A stretch of DNA of 63,889 bases, the filler included, from Circinaria calcarea (Eukaryota), in assembly GCA_051942165.1 (NCBI GenBank). It is 3 parts of 3 records of this genome, joined end to end, with 100 filler letters (N's around TTAATTAATTAA, not from the genome) between each part and the next. Parts side by side here need not be neighbours in the genome. Positions count along the whole stretch, not along the records: positions 1 to 21,303 come from JAVECS010000146.1; positions 21,404 to 42,614 come from JAVECS010000147.1; 1 more part is not named here. One strand, 5' to 3'. Shown in pieces: positions 12,859 through 28,758 of this stretch; the first letter of the stretch is position 1; each line of letters opens with the position of its first letter. The notes below the pieces were generated by a model. It was not told where the DNA came from, ran no database searches, and saw nothing but the letters and a program-made list of their open reading frames with translations. A program made the translations under genes and the position numbers.

Positions 12859-14939
12859 GAAAGGTGTAACGCCTGGCGTGATAGCCTATACACAGGGCAA
12901 GGGTAGTCGCATACTCGGTGTATGGGAGCGAGAGAAATGAAGTGCCAAGAGCTCGTTCCACCTCGATTGTGCGTATGGGCACGAAAAGAACTAATAGAGC
13001 GAGCTTTGTTTAATTCGATTCCCTCATTCCGTAGCGCTACGAGTGTTTATATAGTCACAGTCCTTTCCGCACAATAGAATCCTTGTAGTCCAGAACTTAC
13101 CTCATTTATTGGCATATTACTCTTATTGTGTTACTTGCCTACTTTAGTATAAACTCTTATACCTAGAGAGCATTGCCTAAGCCCCGTGAGTATAATTACT
13201 ATCGACCAGCTCTAAAAACGTGATAGACGGTATATACTTTATTACCTAGAGCATAAGTCGTTCTTTCTAACTCGAATCTTCGGGCCGAGTTATCCATTAT
13301 CACCACGGTTGTCCAATGCCATTATATTACTGGAAAGCATAGGACTTACCGAGTCACGGCGAGGTCTATGCTCGATACCTTCTACACAAATCATAAGAGC
13401 GTTTTTACTGCATAATTAGTTTAGCTAGTTACCTTCATAGCACTATTGCATGGCACCACCATATATGCATGCTGACCAACACATATTAGCGTTGTTATGA
13501 CCACCACGCTCTCGCAGTCACAGCCGCATATCGGCGTTGGACTATGCGTATTGTCTTCCTGTGCCAAGGCCACAGCATCTTGTTTCCAATAATTTGGTGC
13601 CACATAACATGATCCCACGGAGATCGAATGATATCCTAGCATGCTGCACCCGAACGTGCTATATTGAATGACAAGACTCCCTAGCTGCGCTATATATCTA
13701 CTTGGGTCTTTCCTCGAATGTAGCTGGCGCTGTTCCGCTGTCGATTTTGCCAAGTGTGGAAGATACACCAAAAGCCAAGGTTTTCTTCTCATTGTACCAC
13801 AGCCCACCGCTATGAATCCCCTCCCGAATTTTTCCAACGCCTCTCAAGCGACTCAACTCTTTTCGCCATCATTCAGATATCAAGATTGCAACATGGTTCC
13901 TTTTCTTATCTTATTCTGCCTGCTACTTGTCTCACCGCTACTTTGGCTAAAACCCGGGCTGCGGGCAATTTCGGTAGGATTAAGTGTCAGAGCGGGAACG
14001 AAGTCGATCAATGGTGAGTTAGCTCGGGGTGTCGCAGGAGGTGTATTGCGTGGACGATTAACGGCTGACCAGTAATAGGATTCTATTATCATTAGGTTGA
14101 AAAGAAGAAAAAGAACTGGGTATCTGATTGGCTAATGTATATCTATTGCTTTGCATATTGATTTGGTTCGTGTATCTGATTTAGCCATAGTGAATCCAAT
14201 CACCGAGGGCGGTTGGGGAAGTAGTGGATCTAGTTTAGCTATAAAGCTGAGTAATAAGGCTGAAATTTAGCTGCGTAATCAAACGCGCCTATAGTAGAAT
14301 TTATTAGCGCGGGTTTATGCAGAAACTTTCCTTGCTAATGCAACCGCCTCCTAAAGCTGCGCGCCTTAATGTGCTGGAGGAGGCTCCGCGGCTAGTTTCT
14401 CCTAACTTCCACGCTTGGCGCACCAAGGCGAAAAGAGCGGCAACGATCTTTACCACATTAAGGACCTGAGCTAGAATTCGGATCATGCATGCTGAGTAAC
14501 CCTAATTCAATCTATTCATGCATGTGACCTGTAATAATGCAGGTGGCTGAAACTTGGAACTTGTTTACTTATGAAAATCTCAAGGCAATAACAAACTCTG
14601 TCACTCCTCTGTTTTCATAAGCAAACAAGAGGGGCGGAGTAATTGCCTTTAGCGGTTCGAGGCTGACCTTTCGATGCACATGCTGTATTCGATATAACGC
14701 ACGTTTATGACCCAGCATCAGCCCCCATGGCAAAGCAACTAGATTTTTGTGTTGGTGGGTGGGGTGATTTTCTGGCTTACTCTGTACCATCGTAACACAA
14801 ATCGGCGAGGAGACTCCCGCTTTCTTCTTACTATCCCAACGCTGCCAGAGTGATTCAGAGGCAGATAAGCTGGTGCGACAAACACGGTACATCCTCCTCA
14901 CCTTCCGATTATACACGTTGGTTGGATCGACCTACGTAA

Positions 14940-16305
14940 ATGGATCCAAACATACCACTCGGTATTCCACCGCCTGGAGTGATACCCAACTACGTGAATC
15001 CTCCCTCCAAAGGCTACGAGACAATTGTCACAGTGACGATATGTCTCGCCTTGATGATTCCCTTTTTTTTACTGCGTATTTACTCTAGAGTGTTCGTTAC
15101 GCATTCACTTGGCTGGGATGATTGTAAGACCAGATGCATGTCGAGAGAAACCCGCCTGCTAACTTGAGACAGATACCTGTGCCACTGGAGTGGTTAGGCC
15201 AACCTCTTATAGCGCGGTATATAGTAGCTGAATACTCTCTACCAGATCGGCTCGATAGCATTTGCCGGCGTGTTCACAAACAGTACGAATGGTCTCTGAG
15301 AGTTAGACTAGGCCGAGCTCACTGAATGTTAGTGCTCAAATACGGATTTCACGTGCATAACTGGAATGTTTTACTAAGCAAGTTTGAGGAGGGTCTCAAA
15401 GTTTGTATATCCGCTTATAGATCGGGAGTTTGTTGCTTATTATAAGTTATTTAGTATCTGCTGGTATACACCACTCTCTACGGACCTGTGATTTTTTTTA
15501 TCAAAGTGTCGATTCTGATTTTATACCTGCGAATTTTCTCCCCGAATCGATGGATGAGAATTTTGATATATCTCGGAATGGGCTACGTACTAATAACAAA
15601 TGCTATTGCCACAATCCTTTTTGCGGCTTTATGCGCCCCCCGGAATGGACAACCCTATATTGTTCAGTACACAAAACCTCAGTGTGTCAACAATGTTAAT
15701 AACCTCACGCTTGCTACAGGCATAATCAATCTTGTCAGCGATATATATCTTTTATTCTTGCCTTTACCACTAGTTTCAAACCTACACCTTTCCAAAAAGC
15801 GGAGAACTGGTCTACTTGCAATTTTCATGACCGGCGTTTTGTATCCATCTCCATTCCCCGCTTCTCTACCAACGCTAATTGTGTAATTAGTGCTTGTATA
15901 TCTAGCGTGATATCTATCATTATCCGATCTTTATGGGGTCGTAACCCTGATTATACATATTGGTCTCCACGACTGGTAATTACAAGGTAAATGCGGTTTT
16001 CCAGTTTCTCAATTATGGAGCTGAGCTTTGGCAGCATTATCGAAATGAACATAGGCATTATCTGCAGCTGTATGCCAGCTTGCGCCGCTGTTTTCCGACA
16101 ACCTCCATCCTTTTCCAATTCGGTCAAGTCCTGGTTTAGCAGAAATACCGTGAGTTCCTCATCTAAGCAGTCCGTCGTCGACAAGCAGCAAAGTTACCCA
16201 AGGACTCCTGGACGAGGGGGCTTTCATCCATCCCAAGAGAGTTATGTGGAGCTCGGAGAACTGCAAGTGCAGCCTCAGAGCAAATCCAGCTCCCAAACTC
16301 GGTGA
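14940..16305 (+). CDS. PTH11-like (fungal rhodopsin-domain, no CFEM) integral membrane protein, multi-exon
   Basis: PPPGVIPNYVNPPS N-terminus, LRIYSR..LGWDD, IKVSILILYLRIF, SDIYLLFLPLP and EMNIGIICSCMP. Confidence 0.88.
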
Positions 16306-17501
16306 TGCTCATGCTTGGACCGGATGCCTAAGCGCTTGAATCTCTCGAGGTTCGTTAAATAGCATTAACGGGAAGGAGAAGTTTTTGACAGGAACAGCGT
16401 GCCGCCAGAGGAAACAGGCTTATCTTGGAATATTTAAGGTTCTTTAAATGCAATTTACGAAGGGCATCTCAGGGGTTACGCGCGTCAGGGAGTACACGAT
16501 AGTTGCGAGGTCTTTATCGTATTGCAATCCTTTCTGTTTGATTCGAGGTAGATGAGGACTTGACAGTGTTGGAAGTCATAGGGCTTACCGAAGCATGTGT
16601 TGCATAGGAAGTCCATGCTCAACACTTCCTACACACATTATAAAAGCACTTTTCTCTACGTAAATAGCTTAAATAGTTACATACACTCAGATAACATGAA
16701 CACCACCACATATTACTGCATGCTCAACAGACAGAACTCCATTTGATTTTGGAGGGCGTGCCAAATGCACACATGCAATGTTTGACCAATAATGCGACGG
16801 TAAAGTATCTTTCTTACTGTGCTGTCAGAACAGTGCAGCCATGCGTCCAGCAGCTCTCACCACGCAAATCAATTACAATCCATCCACTCGGCTTCTCTCA
16901 AAACAGCCAATAGTGCAGCGGGTGCAGTGATGTTGGTAGGCCTGAAAGATAAAGGGGGGCCGCAAAATGGCTGGTGGTGTGATACTCCGTGAGGCCATGC
17001 TGTAAGCCTGCGGCTCCATTGGCGGCCTTGCGTTTTCTTTTGCATTTTGTGTGCTCATGGCACAGAGATGCACCATACCATACCCCGCACGCATGTATGT
17101 ATTATATCTTACATATAAGGCCGGCACAATGCTCTTGGCACCGTGTCGTGGCGGTCAGCTACATTATGCCCTGTCGTCCCACAAAGTAGCAGCCAGGGTC
17201 CCTAAGACGGATTACATTCTCAGGTCCCCCTGCACCACGGCAAGGCATGCTAGCCCCTTTGTTACGGAGTACCTGTAAATTACATTACCGCGTGTTTCAA
17301 TCCACCTTCAGTCTCAAGGGAAACAATTTCTCCTGTGATGCTCGTAGGTTTGCTCTTCCATCCAATTATCTGGATACATGGTGACCAACGGCAAAGTCAA
17401 ATCTACCTCCAACATCTGACCGTTCTCCCCTCCGTTGTATCTGCAAATGATAGATACATTGACCCAAGTCTTTGAATCTCGCATTCTAGTGACTTCAAAC
17501 T

Positions 17502-19338
17502 ATGGCCTTAGCACGAGTGCTCTCGGCGGCGAGTGAACTCGACGAGCGTTCGGGGGTCTTGCTCAAGCTTCTTGTTTCCCTAGGAGGACTGCTCCTTCTT
17601 TGGAGATTATGGCGCTTTACCCTCCTACCGACATTTACGCCTGCTGAGCCCGGAGAGCTTCCTTATTGGATACCTTGTGAGTAAACATATCTCGGCGACG
17701 AGCATAGCTATTCGGCTCTGACGGACATGGTAGTCATAGGTGACTTTCTTGATCCTTTCTGATAACAACAATGCTCCGTTCTTAGATCAGGCATTGACTT
17801 CTTGGCGTCTGATTCCCTAGGACACGCAAGGGCCTTTTTCATGGATTCAGAAGCTCTTCTAATGTCCGGAAGGTAACAGCTCCCTTGCCATGAAATATGG
17901 CCGGTCCTGAATTACTTTTTGAAGGCGTCACTCATGTCACATAGGCATTATTTCGGCAACACTCACGAGATCTTTTCCATCACTATGGCCGGCCAGAAAA
18001 TGTATATCATCACTTCGCCAAAGGATATTTCCAGCGTCTACAAAAACTCTCAGCTTCTGACATTTGACGGCTTCGTCAAAGACATGTATAGTAACTTTGG
18101 AATGTCAGCGACTGGTATCGCCCAAATGTTTGAGCCGGTGACTTCCAAGGATGGCAAGGCTACCAGTCCGCTTGGTCAGCAGTACGCTCATTTAGGGACC
18201 GGTATTCAGAGGGAGCAACTACATCCCGGTGACAACCTCGACAGTCTTATCAATACATACGTCGGTCATATCAAGCAACAAATGAATTGGGATAAAGTAC
18301 CAAACAGCTGTTTGATACAAGCTTTGCCCGGGAAGAAAGTCGTTTCCTTACGAAACTGGTGTGCAGACGTTTTAGGTCAAGCAACTGCACAGGCCTTTTT
18401 CGGTACCGCTTTACTTGAGCTGAATCCTCAATTACTAGAGGACTTTCACACCTTTGACTCCAACAGCTGGATGCTGTTATATCAGTATCCTCGCGCCTTT
18501 GCCAAACCAATGTTTGAAGCTATCGAAAAAGGCACAGAAGCCTTCACGCGGTACTTCCAACTTCCAACCGAGAAGAGAAATCAAATGTGTTATTATGTCC
18601 AGATCGTGGAGGCGAAGCAAAGGAGAGCGGGCATGAGTAATCGAGACATTGCCATTTCCGCCCAAGGCTTATTCTGGGCGTAAGCGACGTGAAACGTGCA
18701 CGCCAATGACAATGTTCCTCTTCGTTAATCTTCGTTCCAGTGCCAATGCAAACCCTTGCAAAATCTGTTTCTGGTTTATTGCCCACCTCCTATACAATCC
18801 AGTTCTACTCGAAGCTATTCGAAAAGAAATAACTCCTGCCGTTTCGCGCCAGGAGATTAACGTGCAGTACCTGGTCGATCAGTGCCCACTTCTCGACGCA
18901 TCGTTCAACGAGATCCTTCGTCTTACCACAAACGCCTCCTCGGCCCGCAACGTCGACGCAACGACCACAGTGGGGAACAAGACCTTAATCTCCGGTGCGA
19001 AGGTTCTAATCCCATACCGCCAACTCCACTACAACGCCGAGGTCTTCGGTCCGGACGTCCACACCTTCAACCCTTCCCGCTTCCTCGATAACAAGGATCT
19101 ACACAAAAGCCCCTACTTTAAGCCCTGGGGAGGCGGCCTGACACACTGTTCCGGCCGGTTCGTTGCGAAAAGAGAGATCTTGGCACTTTCGGCCGTCATC
19201 TTGACGCAGTATGAGCTGGCCGTGGCAAACAAAGAGGCAGGGATTCCGGAGTTCGACTTGACGAAACCGACTTTGGGTGTCATGGATCCGATCGGGGGGA
19301 TGGATGTTCTTTTGGAGGTTCGACCGAGGGTTCGTTAG
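17502..19338 (+). CDS. Cytochrome P450, CYP7/CYP8-like fungal group, paralogue of the 7864-9754 gene; 5 exons including a 6-nt micro-exon (17734-17739)
   Basis: TM anchor, spliced ELPYWIPFIGH, YIITSPKDI..YKNS..LTFD, EILR, FNPSRF, heme motif PWGGGLTHCSGR, I-helix LFWAANANPCK. Confidence 0.93.
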
Positions 19339-19739
19339 GTATTAAGTATTAGGTTAGGATGGGACACGCGATGCCATTTCGACGTGGAATGTTGTTTTGG
19401 CTTGTACCTACCTAGCTTGGAACTTGAGCACTTGAGGGCTATCATCTAATCCCCGAAGCGAAATGGTCATTGGAGAATCTTAGGGATTTAGAAAATGATA
19501 AACAGACCACGAGCGCAAACCGGCAGCTGGGCAGGACAGAAGTACTTTTTGATAGATGGCCCTCATCGGGGAACACCTAGCATCCATTGAAGATTCGCTA
19601 CATATCACACATACTATAATACTTTCGATGACGCTGTAGAACTGGTAATACACTGGGAGAAAATAACATCAAGAGTAGAATGTGTATTGCAAGCGGGGAA
19701 GTTCCTCACTGTTCCACTGGAAGTAATAACTACATGTCA

Positions 19740-20939
19740 CTACGCATCCACAAACGACTTGATATCTGTGCCGATATGTCAGCATTGAGAGATTTTTAGA
19801 AGGATTATCCATCCCGACTTACTTGCTAGCCAGTCTAGGTATTCCCTTTGCTCCTTGAAATCAATATATTCCGGCACCCAAAGAGCTAGCGCTGTGTTGA
19901 TTCCCCTTTCCTCGAGATATCTCTCTAATAAGACTTGAAGGTCCTGGACATGCTTTGTTCAGCGGGGTTTTAAAGTGATGACTGCAAGAAGGTCCCATAC
20001 CTGATCGAGGTTGCCGAACTGAGGCCCAGTGTACATGCTCCTTCTTGCCCAATCACCATCAGCCGACTGTGGGTCGGCAAGCGAAGCCGTCGGGTAGTAG
20101 TAGACATTCTCTATGATGATCACTCCGTCCTGCGCAACCGTTTCCACTTGAAGCGCCCCATTTGTGCCCGGCTTCTCAATCGTCACGTTCACGCGGGCAG
20201 GAAAGCTGGGCTCCTGGTCTTCTTCTGGTGACTCGCTGTCTGCGAGTTCGGGTCGGTCCGCGGGGGCTATCGAGTCCTCCGGTGCGATGTTGAAATTGCC
20301 GTCTTTGGTTCTACCTTGGTTGATGGTATGTTTCGATTGTGCGCCGCCTGATTGGGTGTCTGTGGGCATGTCTGATCCATCTTCATCGTAAAGGGCCTTG
20401 TCTTCCGAGTAGCGGTCCGCGTCTTCGTCGAGGGCATTGAGATCAGCAATGTTGAAGGTAATCCGGATCCTATCAAGATCTATTTAGATTGCGTCCTTGT
20501 CTCGAACCCGGCGAAAGCTCACTTTTCATCGCCGAAAGTTCGGGTGAGAACTACTTCCTCTTGACCAGGAGTATCGTGAAGTTCAAAAGGACTGTTATCC
20601 AAGAAGTCCTTTACGTTCGCCGGTAGTTCATCCGTATCTCTCATCTCCTTTTCCAGCTGAAGCTCGGATTCGAACTTGGCTGAGAGCTCCTGGTCCACTG
20701 AGTATCTCGTAAGCCTTGAATAAAATGCAAGTAACTTCCAGATCTTTACCTTCTCCCTCCTTCTCTCGCACTGGGAGCGACATTGAAAAGGGTGCGCAAT
20801 TCGGTCTCGTAGCTATCCGCCATGGTTGTTGTGAGAGGAAAGACTGGCACACTTTCGGGATTGGTTGCCGTGCAGACTGCGAAACCAGACGGGAGACATT
20901 TCGAGGGAGCGTACGACTGAGGCTACGAAGTGACAACAT
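19740..20939 (-). CDS. MAM33: Mitochondrial acidic matrix protein MAM33/C1QBP family
   Basis: Arg/Ser-rich presequence, ELSAKFESEL, DTPGQEEVVLTRTFGDE, YTGPQFGNLD, EDLQVLLERYLEERGIN and KEQREY, ending IKSFVDA*. Confidence 0.92.
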
Positions 20940-21303
20940 ATTGACTGTGTGGATCGATGCAACGCTCTTGATAGTACGATGTTCGGTTTAGAGCTTTGAA
21001 TAATTGTTTCTCAAGAAATTTCGGCGCTAACAAAATGTTAGAGCTTCGCGAATCTTTCCTCTACTCCGTACGGAATACTTCGGGTTAAGGCGCCACTGAA
21101 TCGGTCCGGGTTAGAGTTACTCCGTGGGATATCCTGGCTGGCCTATTTAATGGGGTTAGGAACAGATGTTACGTCTATTATTGATAATTATCACCACGGA
21201 TTGAAAAGGAGCATCGTGAGTCACGTCTCTTCATTCTCGAGTACCGAAAGCCCTAGCATACAATGCGAGACCTCCCAGATCTTAAGTTCCCCCCCCCCAA
21301 AAC

Positions 21304-21403
21304 NNNNNNNNNNNNNNNNNNNNNNNNNNNNNNNNNNNNNNNNNNNNTTAATTAATTAANNNNNNNNNNNNNNNNNNNNNNNNNNNNNNNNNNNNNNNNN
21401 NNN
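21304..21403. other. Assembly gap: 100-nt N spacer with artificial TTAATTAATTAA linker
   Basis: N44-TTAATTAATTAA-N44, with an identical construct at 42615-42714. The linker has stop codons in all six frames. Confidence 0.97.
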
Positions 21404-21876
21404 GAGAATGGGGGCTTGATCGGGGTAGGGGAATGCAGAGAAAGAGTAGGGAAAGGGAGGCGAATAGGTGGAGGCATGGAGGTTAGTGAGTATGTACATA
21501 GCCCCTATAGCGATACGATCAGCATGCACCATCAAAGGGATTCCATCACTGACCAGCCAACAGTGACGATATTTTACGGGCCGTCAAGTCCCTCGGGCCA
21601 CTTGGCTCCGGGTTTTCGATAATTACAGTTGGAAGTAAGCAGATGATTCGATCAATCCCAAAGGAGTTGAATACAGATCAGTCCACCGTGCTTGAAGCTA
21701 TCCAAGTACTGGGGTATGTGACGGTATCTATGCTAGAGGACAATTTAAATTGGGAGTATGCACGGGCAGAAACAGTCATCGAAGATTTGCTGGCAGATTC
21801 ATTGGTGTGGGTAGATGCGAAAGCTCCCGAGAAGGAGTATTGGGCGCCGCCATCAATGCAAGATTTTGATGAATGA
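21404..21876 (+). CDS. SNF8: ESCRT-II subunit Snf8/Vps22 (3' part; 5' end lost in the gap)
   Basis: ENGGLI at the gap edge. After an intron: DILRAVKSLGPLGSGF and IRSIPKELNTDQSTVLE...LVWVD...EYW (EAP30/Vps22 C-terminus). Confidence 0.88.
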
Positions 21877-22021
21877 AAAGGAAAAGGGTCTTCAAGCAAG
21901 GGATTAGCAGCTTTTTACTCCCTCTTTAGCCTCTGATATTCCCCGACGAACAAAGCCTAGCGTCGGAGTCTAGATGTCGGGACCCATGGACGCCGTTATG
22001 GACAAATCAATAATGACGGCC

Positions 22022-24782
22022 TTAGACTTTGATTGCACCACCGAGAGCACCCCCGCCAAATTGCTGCCCACCACGTGTTCGCGCACCTCCGCGATCGCCT
22101 CGTGAGCCTCCTCTACCTCCTCTGCCACCACGGCCTCTGCCACCTTGACCACCTTGTCTCTCGAAAGCATTTGCGGTACCTTGGGTTCTTTGCTCTAGCG
22201 TCCGCTCATTGGCTTCGATCAACCCACTAGCCTTATCACTGAGCGTGAGTGCCAAGCTTTGCAGCCTCGACAGTTCAACCCCCTTTCGGAAAATGATTGC
22301 GCTGTTTACCTGGTCCAAAGCCGCTGCGAGTTCTTCATGTGAGATCATTTTACTTACGACAGCTGCGACCTTCCGCTCCGGTAGCTCAAACATTTCTGCA
22401 AGCGTGCCAACCGCAAGTGTGTCGTAGAAAGGGGCATAGGTGAAGAGATATGTCCTCAAACCCTCCTCTTGGATCTGCTCGGACAGCATTGCCTTGATCT
22501 TTTCCGAACTTGCCATCAGCTCCCAGATCTTGATTGAGTTGATTAGTTCAGCGGCTTTTTTCCATTCGCCAGCTGCTAGTGCTCTCGACGCTTGCATGAC
22601 ATGGTCACGTGTGTTTTCTGGGGGCCCGGTGAAGATTTGGCGCTCATGAAACTCGAGGAGCCGGCGGTAGGTCTTGCTGATGATGCGCTTCTTAATATCA
22701 GGCGAAGATCCCGTCTGTGCAAGAAGTGGGATTTCAAGTAACATTGAGCAGGTCAAGTACACACATTCAAGTAACTCGAGATTAATGTGCATATGAAAAG
22801 GCAATTGTCGTTGCCTCTCGAGTCGCTCTTGTTCTGGGGTCACCTGGGAGTATCGTTGGATCATTACACCTTGTGCGAGCAGCTCCTTCTGCCTCCCACT
22901 GCCGCAAATCTCTTGTAGAGTGTTTTGTGACTCGTAAACCAGACCGGCCCGGAAAGCACAAAGACCGACTTGCACCAGGGTTCGATTGAATAAAATTTGA
23001 GTGCTGATATCGAAGTTGCCGATCGTCTCCTGAAGATGCGACATGAGCAACATGTCTCGGGCTCTATAGTACTGGTCATGAAGAGCGCAGAAATAAACTT
23101 GGCATAAATAGGCCCGGCCGCGGATGATATCGGTACTGTTCTCGAAAAGGTAGATGCAGAGCGTTTGGACCAAGGCCGCCGTATCTCGCTCAGTACCCCT
23201 TGGCGTGATGTCGGAATCGAAGTGGGCAGGAATAGATTTCCAAGCTGTTTCCTCGAGTATGTTAACAACTTGTGATGGCTGCGATCTTGAATTAGCTTAA
23301 TAATTTTGACCGGGCGAGAGTCTATCTCACCTTGAAGTATATGTGCTCGACCCTTCTCATGACAATGCGGTTCGCACTCTCTTGCGGTACTTCAAGCTTG
23401 GCATCTTTTTTCAGATTCTCGATATACAATAGTGCACGCACAATATTGTTGTACAGTGCTTGTTCGTCACTTAGTCTCTCGATGTATTCCGCGGTGTGGG
23501 GATCGATATGTTGTAGTGATCTGGTAAGTTCGTCATCGAGTCGCTCGACAATCGACACGATGCTGCCTGGGATGCGCAGCTTTTCACCGGGTGCAGGCTG
23601 TGGTGGCTTCTCGTCATCCTCCCATTCCTCAGCATTCTCAATGACCACCATGTTACGGTTATCCTCGAGCACTTCGAGCAGCGTACCAAACTCATGCTCC
23701 GCCCTACGTAATTTGGTTAGTCTCTCATTACATCGGTGATGAATGGATTGGTCTGCATACATTTTCCACTGTTCTTGAGACATGAAGGTAGCAGATGATC
23801 CTGTGGTCAGATCAAAGCGAGTGGATATTATGGTCAGTAGAACTCGGATCTTCTGATAGGGGGTCTCCGCGACTTCAAGTAGCTTTTCCATGGTCCGGAT
23901 CTGGTCCGCCCGGTCTGTATTCTTCTTTCCTCGTGACCCGACGATTGACCGTAGGTGCTTGAAAATGCTTTCAGGCGTGTATTGCTTCGGTTTCCCACCG
24001 CGACCCACGGTCGAGAAGCCTTCATCGTCATCGAAGTCGAGGCCATCTGTGTAAACGTTCTTTGATTTTTTCGGCTTTTCAAGCGGGACTACCTCCTCCT
24101 CGTCATCGGACATCATGTAGTCTGCCTTGTCTTCGCGGTATTTGTCGATTTCGGCGGCATATTCCCTGTTATTCCGTTTAATCTTCTGCTTCATGGCATT
24201 GAGACCCTTTGCATTCGTAGCATTCATCTTCTTCGTTGAGACCTTTTGCTTGGCGATTGTCTCATTCATCAAGTCCTCGAGATCGGCGACTGTTTTGATA
24301 TAGATTTTAGGGGCCTTGTCCGATGCCGCCATTTTGGCAACCTGGCGATTAAGTTTATCGAATTCTATGCCACTATTCATCAGTCCTTGCCCCCTACGTT
24401 ATTCGGATATGTTAAGATGGACGAACGAACCGGTAGATATCGAACTCCAATCGTTGATCTTCTCAGCATTGTCAATAAGTTTTATCACGCCTTCGATCTC
24501 CTCCAGCCTCTTGCCCTTTGCGCTTTTTACCACCTTTGGTGTATCCGAGTCGGAACTCTCTCCATCGGTCGACGCCTGGTCTCTTAAGAACTTGGATACA
24601 CCAGTTTTACCGCCTTCTTCTCCATCAGATGATGATGATTCATCCTCGTCAGATCCTTCTTCCTCCTCTTCGCTGGACTCTTCCTCTGATTTTTGCTCAG
24701 CTTCTTGGTCGCTATAAAGCTCCTCTTCGCCAGAAGAACTGCTCTCGCTAGAGCTATCGCCCTGAGTAAAGAATCGGGACAT
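22022..24782 (-). CDS. NIP1: Translation initiation factor eIF3 subunit c
   Basis: MSRFF plus acidic N-terminus, VVKSAK, LERLDDEL-like [44 protein letters not shown] domain and RGG tail. Confidence 0.97.
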
Positions 24783-25710
24783 GTTGATCAGGACGTTTGG
24801 TGACAAAATGTGCAGGAAGTGAACGGTTGCCCTTTGCGCTTTGTATGGTGACTCAATCCTGTTCAGGTGTCAGTCCCTTGAGTCACAGTGCGGCGAACTT
24901 TAAGCGAGGGTCAGATAGAGTTTTGGTGTGAGGCCTGATCTAACCCTATCTGTCTTGAAAAAGGTATACGGCACATTTACATTGGAAATGGAAACTTTAG
25001 AAACTCTCACTTGTGCCATAATATGATTGGACATCTACTGGATCAATACGTCGCTCGAAGCAGACGCCAGCCTTTGCCACACAACCTTCACCTCCTCTGA
25101 ATAATGCATTGTCAAAATCTCTATACAACTACGGATCCTCTGTCCATACCAACAACCGACCGCATCCCATCGACCGATCTACAGTCCGACGACTTATGCA
25201 GGTTCAGTACAGGAAATTGCGTAATCCATTCGATGAACCTGGTAAGTACCTACCAGGGCGTAAAGTGGTGATAGCATCCAACCCAACCATGCATGCCGTA
25301 CAAGTACTCAGCCTCGCCATCTCGATTGCGGCCGTGTAGATGCGTTTGCTATTCCAATAGCATGTGATGAGAGACACCAATAACAAACCGAGTAACTGAA
25401 GTGTTAGGAGTGCAAAGAGCAGTCTGTACATAGGTCCAGGGTATGTTGTGACGAAGTGATCAGCATCGGCAAGCCTTTGGCGGCGCTGGGATTTAAGCCT
25501 TTGCCCAGCTGCGTAGCAGTCTATCATCTGGGAGCCGTTGTGAACTCAAGACGATAACAAGTATTGCAAGGTCTAGCGTATTTCAACGCACAAGTATCCT
25601 GCCAATACCATCTAGTGGTACGGTCATGAGCCAAATCAAGGCTGCCAGTTGTTATATAATACAGCGCCTCCCTGCGATAACTTATACTGCGGCGTAGTAT
25701 ACTTTGCTGC

Positions 25711-28758
<3,048 letters not shown>

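Noticed and set aside
21348..21359. Palindromic TTAATTAATTAA (also at 42659-42670) as a biological site or transposon TTAA target
   Set aside because: It is centred in N runs and identical at both gaps, so it is an artificial contig-joining linker.
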